Below are positions 31,287 to 41,077 of a stretch of DNA of 64,000 nt, in pieces. Each line of letters opens with the position of its first letter. The stretch's first letter is position 1. This stretch comes from Costertonia aggregata (GTDB taxonomy: Bacteria; Bacteroidota; Bacteroidia; Flavobacteriales; Flavobacteriaceae): contig NZ_CP058595.1 of NCBI RefSeq assembly GCF_013402795.1, positions 2,077,848-2,141,847 on the forward strand, in the 5' to 3' direction. The notes under the pieces were generated by a model. It did not search any database. It was given only the letters and a program-made list of their open reading frames with translations, and was not told the origin of the DNA. Made by a program: the position numbers and the translations under genes.

Positions 31287-32714
31287 ATGATAGTACCTCT
31301 ACAAATGGAAATGGGCGGGAGCGCCTCATTATTGGCTATTGGCTTTGCCATACTGTTTTTCTTCATTATAATCATCTCTTTCATAAGAAGATACAAACGT
31401 TGCCCTTCGGATAGAATTTTGGTCGTCTACGGTAAAGTAGGTACGGGAAATTCTGCAAAATGTATTCATGGTGGGGCCGCATTTATCTGGCCGGTAATCC
31501 AAGATTACGAGTATTTAGATCTAACGCCTATTTCTATTGAAGTAGATTTGGCAAATGCCCTGAGTAAACAGAACATTCGTGTAAACGTGCCTTCCCGTTT
31601 TACCATAGGTGTGTCAACGGAGCCCGGGGTAATGCAGAATGCAGCCGAAAGACTCCTTGGTTTGGGAATGCAGGAAGTACAGGATTTGGCCAAAGAAATT
31701 ATTTTTGGTCAGTTACGTTTGGTAGTGGCATCCATGGATATTGAGGAAATCAATTCGGACAGGGATAAATTCTTGACCAATATCTCCCAAAGTGTTGAGT
31801 CGGAATTAAAGAAAGTAGGGCTTAAACTGATCAATGTAAACATTACGGATATCGTTGACGAATCCGGTTATATCGAGGCCCTGGGTAAAGAAGCCGCTGC
31901 CCATGCAATTAATGCGGCACGTAAGTCGGTCGCAGAGAAAAACAGGGATGGTTCCATTGGTGAGGCCAATGCGTTACAGGATGAAAGAACCCAAGTGGCC
32001 GCGGCAAATGCCAAAGCTGTTGAAGGGGAAAACGTGGCAAAGATAAACGTGGCGAATTCTGATTCTTTACGTAGACAGCGAGAAGCAGAAGCTGAGCGTA
32101 CAGCAATCGCCGCCGAAAAAGTGCAATCCGCAAAAGCCTTGGAAGAATCGTATGCCGCCGAGAAAGATGCGGAAATCGCAAGGGCCGAACGGGAACGTAG
32201 TTCTCAAATGGCCGATATTGTGGTACCTGCGGAAATCGACAAAAAGAAAGTAGAGATCGATGCCGAAGCCGAAGCGGAAATGATCCGTAGAAAGGCAAAA
32301 GGAGAAGCCGATGCAATTTTGTTTAAAGCGCAGGCCGAAGCACAGGGTATTTTGGAAGTCTTGACCAAACAGGCCGAAGGTCTGGATAAAATCGTAAAAG
32401 CAGCAGGAGATAGTCCTAAAGATGCAGTATTGTTATTGGTAGCCGATAAATTGCCCGAGTTGGTCAAAACCCAGGCCGAAGCCATCAAGAACATCAAAAT
32501 CGATAAGGTAACCGTTTGGGATTCCGGTGCAAAGACCGAGGACGGTAAAAACTCCACCGCCAATTTCATTTCAGGAATGTACAAGTCCGTTCCCCCGTTA
32601 CAGGAAATGTTCAATATGGCGGGAATGCAATTGCCAGAGTATCTAAAGGGGAAGGATGTGGCTTCTGCTGAAAATGATTCAAAGTCTACGGTGCCAAATA
32701 AGAAATCAGAATAG
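31287..32714 (+). CDS. flotillin-like SPFH/band-7 protein (FloT/YuaG-type)
   Basis: N-terminal TM. SPFH domain. A long Ala/Glu-rich coiled-coil (EAEAERTAIAAEK...). Confidence 0.9.
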   Translation: MIVPLQMEMGGSASLLAIGFAILFFFIIIISFIRRYKRCPSDRILVVYGKVGTGNSAKCIHGGAAFIWPVIQDYEYLDLTPISIEVDLANALSKQNIRVNVPSRFTIGVSTEPGVMQNAAERLLGLGMQEVQDLAKEIIFGQLRLVVASMDIEEINSDRDKFLTNISQSVESELKKVGLKLINVNITDIVDESGYIEALGKEAAAHAINAARKSVAEKNRDGSIGEANALQDERTQVAAANAKAVEGENVAKINVANSDSLRRQREAEAERTAIAAEKVQSAKALEESYAAEKDAEIARAERERSSQMADIVVPAEIDKKKVEIDAEAEAEMIRRKAKGEADAILFKAQAEAQGILEVLTKQAEGLDKIVKAAGDSPKDAVLLLVADKLPELVKTQAEAIKNIKIDKVTVWDSGAKTEDGKNSTANFISGMYKSVPPLQEMFNMAGMQLPEYLKGKDVASAENDSKSTVPNKKSE

Positions 32715-32813
32715 AAGAAAGAAAAGTTAATTAAGCATAATCCCAAAAATAAAACGCTAAGAACTAAGCTTAGCGTTTTATACTTTATTTAGTGAATTAA
32801 TCAATTTTTATTT

Positions 32814-33197
32814 TTAATTTGGAATGAGTATGCAACCGCATTTTTCCTCTTCTTTGTCTATATTTTTTTTGATTCTATTTCGTTCGGCGTAGCTTAAACT
32901 TTCCAAATAAGCCTTATCAACAATAGGTCTTCCGTGTATATCTCTGCTTGGAGGATTATTATTGAGCCCAAGTCTTCTTGCCTCTTTTTCTTCTCTCCAA
33001 GACCCACTTGCATTTGACGTGCCCCATCCCATATGTTCTGCAAAAAACCTTTCCAATTCGCAGATTAAGCACCCAGAACCATTGCCGTAAGTAGCTTCCT
33101 TTTCGGATCCAGCTACCGCCAATACTTGAGAATAAGCTTGGTTTTGAAAAGCTATCATAATGGTAAAAAAAGTAAAAAGACAAAATAATTTTTTCAT
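32814..33197 (-). CDS. small secreted Cys-containing hypothetical protein
   Basis: Signal peptide ending AYSQ. Paired cysteines CLIC...CGC. No recognisable family. Confidence 0.4.
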   Translation of the reverse strand: MKKLFCLFTFFTIMIAFQNQAYSQVLAVAGSEKEATYGNGSGCLICELERFFAEHMGWGTSNASGSWREEKEARRLGLNNNPPSRDIHGRPIVDKAYLESLSYAERNRIKKNIDKEEEKCGCILIPN

Positions 33198-33386
33198 GAT
33201 TTAATAATTTTAAAGTTAATGAAACAACTATGTTAAGGTAGTAATTTTCTTTCATTAAAGTGTTTTTTTTCGATAAAGTGTATAGTAAAGATTTAATTTG
33301 AGAGTATCATTTAAGGTTTAAAAACATCACAATTATAATATCTACTCGAATTCAGTTATTTTTGAAACCTGATACAACTTAAGTTT

Positions 33387-34487
33387 ATGAGCGAAGCAAG
33401 ACACAACTGGACCAAACAAGAAATCCTTGATATTTATAATAAACCGTTGATGGAGCTGCTCTATGATGCGGCAACGATACATCGTAAACATCACGATCCC
33501 AATACCGTTCAGGTGTCAACATTACTTTCCATAAAAACAGGAGGTTGCCCCGAGGACTGCGGCTATTGTCCGCAAGCGGCCCGTTACCATACCGATATTG
33601 AAGGCAACGATTTAATGACCGTTCCCCATGTAAAGGCACAGGCACTTCGGGCAAAGGCATCGGGAAGTTCTAGGGTATGTATGGGCGCGGCTTGGCGTAA
33701 TGTCAAAGATGGTCCGGAGTTTGATCAGGTATTGGAAATGGTGCGAACCATCAATAAACTGGATATGGAAGTTTGCTGTACGCTCGGTATGATTACCGAA
33801 AATCAGGCTAAACGTTTGGCAGAAGCAGGATTGTATGCCTATAACCATAATTTGGATACTTCGGAAGATTACTATAAAGACGTGATTTCTACACGTGCCT
33901 TTGAAGATCGCTTGGAAACCATAGATAACGTTCGTAAAAGCAATGTTACGGTTTGTAGCGGTGGTATCATCGGCATGGGCGAAGCGTTGGAGGACCGTGC
34001 AGGCATGTTGGTCGCACTGTCCTCTTTAGATCCACAACCAGAATCGGTTCCCATCAATGCCTTGGTCGCCGTTGAGGGTACGCCAATGGAAGATATTGAA
34101 CCTATAGCCATTTGGGATATGATTCGTATGGTGGCGACTACGAGAATCGTCATGCCCGAAACGCAAGTGAGATTGTCTGCCGGCCGTACCGAAATGAGCA
34201 GGGAAGGACAGGCCATGTGTTTTTTCGCCGGTGCCAATTCTATATTTGCGGGCGATAAGCTTTTGACCACACCAAACCCCGATGTAAACGAGGATATGGA
34301 AATGTTCAAATTATTGGGATTGAATCCACAAAAACCTTTTACCAAAGTTTCCCAGCCAAAAACCGTGGAAGCATCGGAATCCCAATATCAGCCTTTGGGC
34401 GAAAAACCAAAATGGACACGCCCCGAGCACAAAATCGAAAGAAACGAAGAGGCCAAAAGCAAAGCAAAACTTACAAAGCAGTCTTAA
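33387..34487 (+). CDS. bioB: biotin synthase with a C-terminal Lys/Glu-rich extension of about 45 aa
   Basis: Radical-SAM CPEDCGYC motif. Typical BioB blocks. 366 aa. Confidence 0.95.
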   Translation: MSEARHNWTKQEILDIYNKPLMELLYDAATIHRKHHDPNTVQVSTLLSIKTGGCPEDCGYCPQAARYHTDIEGNDLMTVPHVKAQALRAKASGSSRVCMGAAWRNVKDGPEFDQVLEMVRTINKLDMEVCCTLGMITENQAKRLAEAGLYAYNHNLDTSEDYYKDVISTRAFEDRLETIDNVRKSNVTVCSGGIIGMGEALEDRAGMLVALSSLDPQPESVPINALVAVEGTPMEDIEPIAIWDMIRMVATTRIVMPETQVRLSAGRTEMSREGQAMCFFAGANSIFAGDKLLTTPNPDVNEDMEMFKLLGLNPQKPFTKVSQPKTVEASESQYQPLGEKPKWTRPEHKIERNEEAKSKAKLTKQS

Positions 34488-34564
34488 GGTAGCCGTTGCT
34501 TACAAGTGTCCCTTTACATTGTTTTCGAAAACTTTAAGAAACATTTGAAAGTTGTTTTTTAAAT

Positions 34565-35458
34565 TTGTGGGTTAAACTACTCAGATTGCAACTGAACTTA
34601 CAGGACATACCCAGGGTAAAAACAATATCTAAGGCGGATTTTATCCAAGATTATTTTAAGCCTCAGAAACCTGTTGTTGTGGAACAGTTCATAGAGGATT
34701 GGCCCGCATTTTCCAAATGGAACTTGGACTATATGGCCAAGGTGGCTGGCGATAAGACGGTTCCCCTCTACGATGACAGACCGGTTTCCCATACCGACGG
34801 TTTTAATGAACCGCATACGACCATGAAAATGGGAGATTACATTGATTTACTGAAAAAAGAGCCTACGAAATACCGTATTTTTCTTTGGAATATTCTGAAA
34901 GAAGTACCCATACTTCAAAAAGATTTCACATACCCTGATTTTGGATTAAAGCTTATGAAGGGTTTGCCCATGCTTTTCTTTGGAGGCACCAATTCACATA
35001 CGTTTATGCACTATGACATTGATTTGGGGAATATCTTTCATTTTCACTTTGAGGGTAAAAAAGAATGCATTCTATATCCCCAATCCGAAACCAAGTATTT
35101 GTACAAGGTTCCCCACTCTTTGATCACACACGAAAGTATTGATTTTTCTAATCCCGATTTTGAAAAATGGCCTGCATTGCAAAAAGCCAAAGGCTATAAG
35201 ACTCATTTAAAGCATGGTGAGGTATTGTACATGCCAGAGGGCTATTGGCACTATATGAAGTACATAAGCCCGGGATTTTCAATGAGTTTAAGAGCTATCG
35301 CCCGTAATCCCAAAAATCTAGGGAAGGCTTTTTACAACGTACTTATTATGCGTTATTATGATAATGTTATGCGAAAAATAAAAGGCCAAAAGTGGATCGA
35401 TTCCAAAAACGAAAAAGCAATAGTCAGAACCAATGCTTTGTATGACTCGGTCAGGTAA
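34565..35458 (+). CDS. cupin-like / JmjC-domain protein. The start is uncertain because the ORF begins on TTG.
   Basis: KPVVVEQFIEDWPA...W and HYD...H...WHYM metal-binding-like JmjC/cupin-8 blocks. Confidence 0.55.
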   Translation: MWVKLLRLQLNLQDIPRVKTISKADFIQDYFKPQKPVVVEQFIEDWPAFSKWNLDYMAKVAGDKTVPLYDDRPVSHTDGFNEPHTTMKMGDYIDLLKKEPTKYRIFLWNILKEVPILQKDFTYPDFGLKLMKGLPMLFFGGTNSHTFMHYDIDLGNIFHFHFEGKKECILYPQSETKYLYKVPHSLITHESIDFSNPDFEKWPALQKAKGYKTHLKHGEVLYMPEGYWHYMKYISPGFSMSLRAIARNPKNLGKAFYNVLIMRYYDNVMRKIKGQKWIDSKNEKAIVRTNALYDSVR

Positions 35459-35501
35459 GGTATGGTCAAGCATTGATTATACGTTTTGATTATTTTGAGG
35501 A

Positions 35502-35984
35502 CTATGGGGCTTTGATCAGTTCTTGAAGTTTGGCATAGACCAAATGGCTTTCCCAACCCCTGTACAAAAGATAATCGGCTAGTTTTTTTTTTCTTTTTTG
35601 AACGTTTTTTTCAGTGATTTGCCCCAATCTTTTTTTGGCGAGGGTATCCAAGGTTTTTATGTATTCTTCTTCATCAATTTCCTTTAGGGCGGTAGTAATA
35701 TTGAATCGAGAAATATCACGTTGTTTCAGTTCGTTTACGATTCGGTTTTTGCCCCACTTCTTTATATTGAATTTTCCCCTTGCAAAACTTTGGGCAAATC
35801 GTTCTTCGTTCAAATAGTTTTCTTGGATCAGGTGCGTGACAATTTGGTCAATGGCCTCAGGTATCATACGCATTCCTTTTAATTTTTGTACAACCTCTTT
35901 ATGGCAACGGTCTTGATAGGCGCAATAATTTTCCAGCTTTTTTTTGGCTTCGTCAATAGTATAGGAGTTTGTATGAAAACTCAT
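35502..35984 (-). CDS. recX: regulatory protein RecX
   Basis: Three-helix-repeat RecX architecture. The CAYQDRCHKEV N-terminus. Confidence 0.8.
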   Translation of the reverse strand: MSFHTNSYTIDEAKKKLENYCAYQDRCHKEVVQKLKGMRMIPEAIDQIVTHLIQENYLNEERFAQSFARGKFNIKKWGKNRIVNELKQRDISRFNITTALKEIDEEEYIKTLDTLAKKRLGQITEKNVQKRKKKLADYLLYRGWESHLVYAKLQELIKAP

Positions 35985-35989
35985 TCAAG

Positions 35990-38392
35990 TTACTTTATAT
36001 CGATTGAGATTTTTACTGAATCGCCTGTTGCAGAAAATACAGCGTATTGCCCTGAACTTTTTCTTGCATCATAATGACTTATTTGGGTATAATCAATACC
36101 TCTTGTTTTTGGGAGTACCACCTCGATTTCCCAGTCGGGTTTGGTTTGGCTCACTTCCAGATCAATCGAATTAGGTTTTTTTTCATAATAAACCGATATG
36201 GCATTGTCGGCAACCTTTACATTTTCCAAAGAGGCTTTGTTCCATTTTGATGGCATTTGAGGCTTTAGCACTACCTTCTTTTTTGATGCCTGTGGTTTTA
36301 TCCCAAAAAACTGTTGAACAATAGGTATGGCGTAGCTGTAAATGTTCCAAGCTTGAGCCATCATGCCATAATCTGGGGAAACTTCATACATGCTTCCCGG
36401 TAACGCATAGCTGAAAGTACGTGTCATTCGGTTCAAATAATTCAACGCCTTATCGGGCCTACCATAGTTGTTTTCCGCTACCGCTTGCACTCCGGTCGGC
36501 AGGGTCATTACCGCTCCCGTGTAGGAGAAGACCTTACTGCCCTTAAAAGAACCATCGTCTGAACCGGCGGAGTCATCCCTATCGATACCGGTCACGAAAA
36601 CCCCAAACGGATTCACAAATTTTTCAGCGGTATTCAAGGCTTGAATGGCTTTTGTTGAATCGGCTATTAGCATTTCCATGGGCGTGTTCACTACCCAATT
36701 ATGGTGTAGTACAAAGGGTTTTAGCGTAGAGGAACGGTTTTTTAAAATCTGTTTTTTCGTATTCTGAAGTTCGGAAACTGCCCATGGTTTTTTTAGCGTA
36801 TCGGCCCTAACGATGGCATCGTCGATCAAATGTAAGGCTTGTTCGTCGGTTCCCAAAAAATCGGCATAAGAGCTAAAACCCTCTGACCAAAACTTATCGT
36901 TTATCTTCTTTTTTAAGATATCTGCCGTTTTTTTATATGCTTTGGCCAATCCCATCTCTTCCAATACCAACGCAATTTTAGCTGCATCGGAAAATGCCCG
37001 CTGTGTATAGGAGGCTACATCTATCATTTCACTGTCAAGGCCATGTATCTCCATCATTCCAAATCCGTCGGGGAATAAATTACCGCTTGTATCGTTTTCG
37101 GCCATAAGCCAGTGCAATCCCTTTTTTATCGTAGGGAAATAATTTTGGAGAAATTCTTTGTTGCCGTCCCATTGGTACACTTCCCAAATCAATGAAACAA
37201 ATTGAGGGGTCTCGTTGATGTTGCCATTATTGAAAACCGTACCGTTGGTAGACATTTCATGTATGATTTTACCATTACCGTTAACGGCCTTGGAAACACT
37301 GTCCAAAAGATGAATGGTCTTGTATACCACATTGGTCTGGCCAATGGCCATATAGCCTTTTAACGCATATTCGCTGTCTACCCCAAACCACCATGGGTAG
37401 TCGGGAATACCAGCAGTTATTCCCGTGCCTATCTCAGGAACCGTCCTAACCAACCAATCACAATTGTACTTTAGCCATTCAAAGGCCTTTTCCAAATTTT
37501 TATCGGGAACGGTCAATTTTGATTGTTTTGCCAATTGCACGTATCTTTCCTTTTTTTGGGATAACCGGTTTAATGTATTGTTGCCAAGGTCGTCATAGGT
37601 TTTTAGGGCACCTTCTTTGGAGTGGTATGAACCTGCTATGGTAAAGGTCAGTGTTCGGGCTTCGTTAGGCTCAAGATGAATGTCGTACTTCAACATGTTT
37701 GAAACACCCAACCCCTTGTATATATTTTTCGCATTTCCGTGGGACATAGGTTTTTCTTTGGCTCCGTATGTTAAGAACCACGGGTTGTTCATATCCTTTA
37801 TCAACCATTGTTCTCTTTGGTTCAAATAGTTGGAGGTATCTTGGCCATCTATCATTTTGGTGCGCTCACCTAACCATGTTGGTCTTAAGTCAGAATGCCC
37901 AGTGAATTCAAACCCGAATTTTTGTACGGTATCACCTGAATTTTTTAAAAGATATTGAAGGATGATTCCCTGTTTTCCATCCGGTACAAATTGAAACCTT
38001 TCTATTTTAAGGTCGCTATCGGATAAATTATAAATGTGCTTATTACCGAACGGATAATTTACAAAGGTATCCGCTTTTTTCAACGCTACGTTTTCAGTAT
38101 CAAACGTAAGGTTAACGTCAAACCCATCCATAAGTTTGATAGGGTGGTTCCAAATACCGCCCATTTCTCCTTTAATATGCCATCCCAATTCAGGAAAGGA
38201 ACCGTCTTGATGACCTACCATATACACCCTGTCCCCAGCAGTCACATAAGGCGATTCCAAGTATGCATCTTTGCCTTGTATAGAAGCGGTATCGTCAAGA
38301 TAATCCGTCAAACTCTCATCGGGGGTGTTTTCTGAACATCCTAAAATGTATAAAAAAATGATGCATAGTAGGCTACCGTGGCTTTTTTTCAT
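35990..38392 (-). CDS. six-hairpin (alpha/alpha)6 glycoside-hydrolase-like lipoprotein (GDE_C/GH116/GH63-like), 800 aa
   Basis: Lipobox ILGCSEN. Size and Trp/Asp-rich central blocks resemble amylo-alpha-1,6-glucosidase-type catalytic domains. I cannot resolve the exact family by eye. Confidence 0.45.
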   Translation of the reverse strand: MKKSHGSLLCIIFLYILGCSENTPDESLTDYLDDTASIQGKDAYLESPYVTAGDRVYMVGHQDGSFPELGWHIKGEMGGIWNHPIKLMDGFDVNLTFDTENVALKKADTFVNYPFGNKHIYNLSDSDLKIERFQFVPDGKQGIILQYLLKNSGDTVQKFGFEFTGHSDLRPTWLGERTKMIDGQDTSNYLNQREQWLIKDMNNPWFLTYGAKEKPMSHGNAKNIYKGLGVSNMLKYDIHLEPNEARTLTFTIAGSYHSKEGALKTYDDLGNNTLNRLSQKKERYVQLAKQSKLTVPDKNLEKAFEWLKYNCDWLVRTVPEIGTGITAGIPDYPWWFGVDSEYALKGYMAIGQTNVVYKTIHLLDSVSKAVNGNGKIIHEMSTNGTVFNNGNINETPQFVSLIWEVYQWDGNKEFLQNYFPTIKKGLHWLMAENDTSGNLFPDGFGMMEIHGLDSEMIDVASYTQRAFSDAAKIALVLEEMGLAKAYKKTADILKKKINDKFWSEGFSSYADFLGTDEQALHLIDDAIVRADTLKKPWAVSELQNTKKQILKNRSSTLKPFVLHHNWVVNTPMEMLIADSTKAIQALNTAEKFVNPFGVFVTGIDRDDSAGSDDGSFKGSKVFSYTGAVMTLPTGVQAVAENNYGRPDKALNYLNRMTRTFSYALPGSMYEVSPDYGMMAQAWNIYSYAIPIVQQFFGIKPQASKKKVVLKPQMPSKWNKASLENVKVADNAISVYYEKKPNSIDLEVSQTKPDWEIEVVLPKTRGIDYTQISHYDARKSSGQYAVFSATGDSVKISIDIK

Positions 38393-38605
38393 TTATATGA
38401 TATTATAATCAGAAAATTACTAAATAAAAATGATCGAAACACAAGCACAAGTTATGCTTTGTTCAGGTAATTTTAGTGGTTCAAATCTATAATGAATTTG
38501 TCAATGGCCTTGCCATTTGTGTTTTTTAGTTTTTTTGACGCTAACCTGGGAATATAATCTTGAAAAAAGATGTCCCGAAAATATGGAAACAAAAAAAGCG
38601 ACCCC

Positions 38606-38636
38606 TTTTAGGAGTCGCTTTGTGTGGATATCTTTT
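38606..38636 (-). terminator. terminator-like hairpin downstream of rng (AGCGACTCCT...GGGGTCGCT, followed by T-run on minus strand)
   Basis: Stem with one mismatch plus TTTTTTTGTTTCC on the minus strand. A second short hairpin (TTTGGGAG-tttata-CTCCCAAA) sits at 38675-38700 right after the rng stop. Confidence 0.4.
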
Positions 38637-38715
38637 TAAATAACCCTTTGGTCTAAACTAAAGGTTGGTTCAAAAATGTTTCTTTGGGAGTTTATACTCC
38701 CAAAGAAGGTTTTTA

Positions 38716-40287
38716 CTAATATATGGTCTTGCCGTCTTTATCCTTAAAACGGTATTCAAGATACGTATACGCATCCCTAGGTTGTATTTTTATCCATTTT
38801 TTATGCTCCAAGAACCACTTGGAACGTATGGACGGGAAACCTTTGGTAATATAGGCCGCTATAAAAGGGTGTATGTTCAATACAATCCCATTATTGGCTT
38901 TGGGCCCTTTTAAAAGTTTCTCCAGATTGGCATTGATCTTATCGATTAAAACGATAGGTGCCTCTATCTCCTGGCCATTGCCATTGGGATTTACCTCACT
39001 TGTTTTAATGTTCATCTCTGGCCTTACCCGTTGTCTGGTAATCTGTATGAGCCCAAATTTACTTGGGGGGAGTATCTTGTGCTTGGCACGGTCATCTTTC
39101 ATCTCATCCCTAAGATGTTCAAAAAGCTTTTTCCTGTGCGGTGCTTTTACCATGTCTATAAAATCGACCACGATAATACCTCCCATATCACGCAACCTTA
39201 ATTGTCTTGCAATTTCCGATGCGGCCAAAAGATTTACTTCCAATGCGGTATCTTCTTGATTTTTGGCCTTATTTGAACGGTTACCGCTGTTTACGTCTAT
39301 TACGTGCAAGGCTTCGGTATGTTCAATGATCAAATACGCACCCTTGCTCATGGATGCCGTACGGCCAAAAGAAGTTTTTATCTGCCTCTCGATTCCGAAT
39401 TTTTCAAAAATCGGGACAGTACTATTATGTTGTTTTACGATAGACTCCTTTTCCGGGGCTATTTCGGCAACATAATCCTTAATTTGTTCATAAAGCGTTT
39501 CATCATCTACGTGGATTCCCGTAAAGGAATCGTTAAAAACATCCCTCAGTATGGATGAAGCCCTGTTGAGCTCTACCAATACCTTGGATGGCGTAGGTGC
39601 TTTATACAATTTCTTGCACATTGCGGACCATTTGGTCAGCAAGTTCTGTAGATCTTTGTCCAGCTCTGCGACTTTTTTGCCTTCTGCAACTGTTCGTATG
39701 ATAACCCCAAATCCTTTTGGCTTAATGCTCTTTACAAGTCTTTTAAGTCTATCTTTTTCCTCGTTGCTCTCTATTTTTTGAGAGACCGATACACGATCGG
39801 AAAAAGGTACCATGACCAGGTAACGCCCCGCTAGGGAGAGTTCCGAACTAATTCGGGGGCCTTTGGTGGATATGGGTTCTTTAACGATTTGCACCAATAA
39901 AGATTGATTGGCTTTGATAACATCGGTTATTACACCATGTTTATCAATATCTTTTTCAAATGGAAAGTCTTTAAGGGAGTAATCTCTTAATTTCCCTGTA
40001 CTTACCTGCTTAATGAATTTTAGCATTGAAGATAACTGCGGCCCAAGATCATGATAGTGCAAAAAGGCATCTTTTTCATAACCTACGTTTACAAAAGCGG
40101 CATTCAGCCCGGTTACGGGTTTTCGAATCTTGGCGAGGAATATATCGCCAACCGAAAAATTATTGTTATCCTCTTCTTTGTGTAATTCTATTAGCTTTCC
40201 ATCTTTTAATAAGGCAAAGTCAACGGCTTCGGAACTAGATCTTACGATTAATTCTCTATTCACCTGAATATATTTATATCTACCCAA
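38716..40287 (-). CDS. rng: Rne/Rng-family ribonuclease (RNase G/E catalytic core). The start may be the internal GTG (VNRELIV).
   Basis: S1 domain. DNase-I-like catalytic blocks (...IDVNSG..., ...VVDFIDM...). 523 aa. Confidence 0.9.
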   Translation of the reverse strand: MGRYKYIQVNRELIVRSSSEAVDFALLKDGKLIELHKEEDNNNFSVGDIFLAKIRKPVTGLNAAFVNVGYEKDAFLHYHDLGPQLSSMLKFIKQVSTGKLRDYSLKDFPFEKDIDKHGVITDVIKANQSLLVQIVKEPISTKGPRISSELSLAGRYLVMVPFSDRVSVSQKIESNEEKDRLKRLVKSIKPKGFGVIIRTVAEGKKVAELDKDLQNLLTKWSAMCKKLYKAPTPSKVLVELNRASSILRDVFNDSFTGIHVDDETLYEQIKDYVAEIAPEKESIVKQHNSTVPIFEKFGIERQIKTSFGRTASMSKGAYLIIEHTEALHVIDVNSGNRSNKAKNQEDTALEVNLLAASEIARQLRLRDMGGIIVVDFIDMVKAPHRKKLFEHLRDEMKDDRAKHKILPPSKFGLIQITRQRVRPEMNIKTSEVNPNGNGQEIEAPIVLIDKINANLEKLLKGPKANNGIVLNIHPFIAAYITKGFPSIRSKWFLEHKKWIKIQPRDAYTYLEYRFKDKDGKTIY

Positions 40288-40386
40288 AATAGCTGGATAG
40301 ATGGATTAAACAATATCGGAAACAGGTTTAGGAAACCTGTCGGGATTCTTTGGTTGAATCTCTATGTCAATGAACGTATGTAAAAC

Positions 40387-40415
40387 GAAAAAGTAGTTGT
40401 AACAACTACTTTTTC
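40387..40415. terminator. perfect 13-bp stem-loop (GAAAAAGTAGTTG-taa-CAACTACTTTTTC). A probable hup terminator and/or an rng 5'-UTR structure.
   Basis: Read directly. It lies 110 nt after the hup stop and about 100 nt upstream of the rng start. T/A-rich on both sides. Confidence 0.5.
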
Positions 40416-40523
40416 TTGTGTCGGTTAGCTCTCCTTCGCTTTTTGCGTTTATGGGTAGCTACCTTATGTCTTTTTCTTTTCTTACCACTCGGCATAAAGG
40501 TCTACTTTTATAAGATTAATATT

Positions 40524-40817
40524 TTATTGTTTAACGTGTACGTTACTCTTTACTCCTTCTACAAAAACCTTTGCAGGCTTAAATGCCGGAATGTTGTGGG
40601 CAGGAATTTTTATGGTAGTGTTCTTAGAAATATTTCTACCTGTTTTTTCTGCTCTGGTCTTTATGATAAAACTACCAAAACCTCTTAGGTAAACGTTGTC
40701 TCCATTTTCCAATGAAGATTTAACCTCTTCCATAAAGGTTTCAACTGTTGCTTGTACATCTCCTTTTTCAATTCCCAGTTTTTCTGAGATTTTCGTTACG
40801 ATATCCGCTTTCGTCAT
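40524..40817 (-). CDS. hup: DNA-binding protein HU
   Basis: MTKADIV...GFGSF...R.GRNP-like arm. 97 aa. Confidence 0.93.
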   Translation of the reverse strand: MTKADIVTKISEKLGIEKGDVQATVETFMEEVKSSLENGDNVYLRGFGSFIIKTRAEKTGRNISKNTTIKIPAHNIPAFKPAKVFVEGVKSNVHVKQ

Positions 40818-41077
40818 TTCAATTAATTAGTTTACTATACCTTTTTTTCGGGTTGCAAATATATAAATTAAATTCAATCTTTTATTCTAAAGGACTAATT
40901 TTAAGTGAATTCGCCAACACTTTTTTCAATATGGTCAAATGAAACCCTTTATATGCCTAATCCCCTATTTTTTAGACGTATAACTTGGTTCGCAAGACCA
41001 ATTTCGAGCGCCCGCCATAATCAATGCAATTTCAAAATAGAAAAATAAGGTAAATACCAAAAGAATAACTATTACTT

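Noticed and set aside
31909-32316. 135-aa Arg/Leu/Pro-rich ORF antisense to the flotillin gene
   Set aside because: It is a compositional artefact of reading the Ala/Glu-rich (GCn/GAR) coiled-coil region on the opposite strand. It has no start context or homology.
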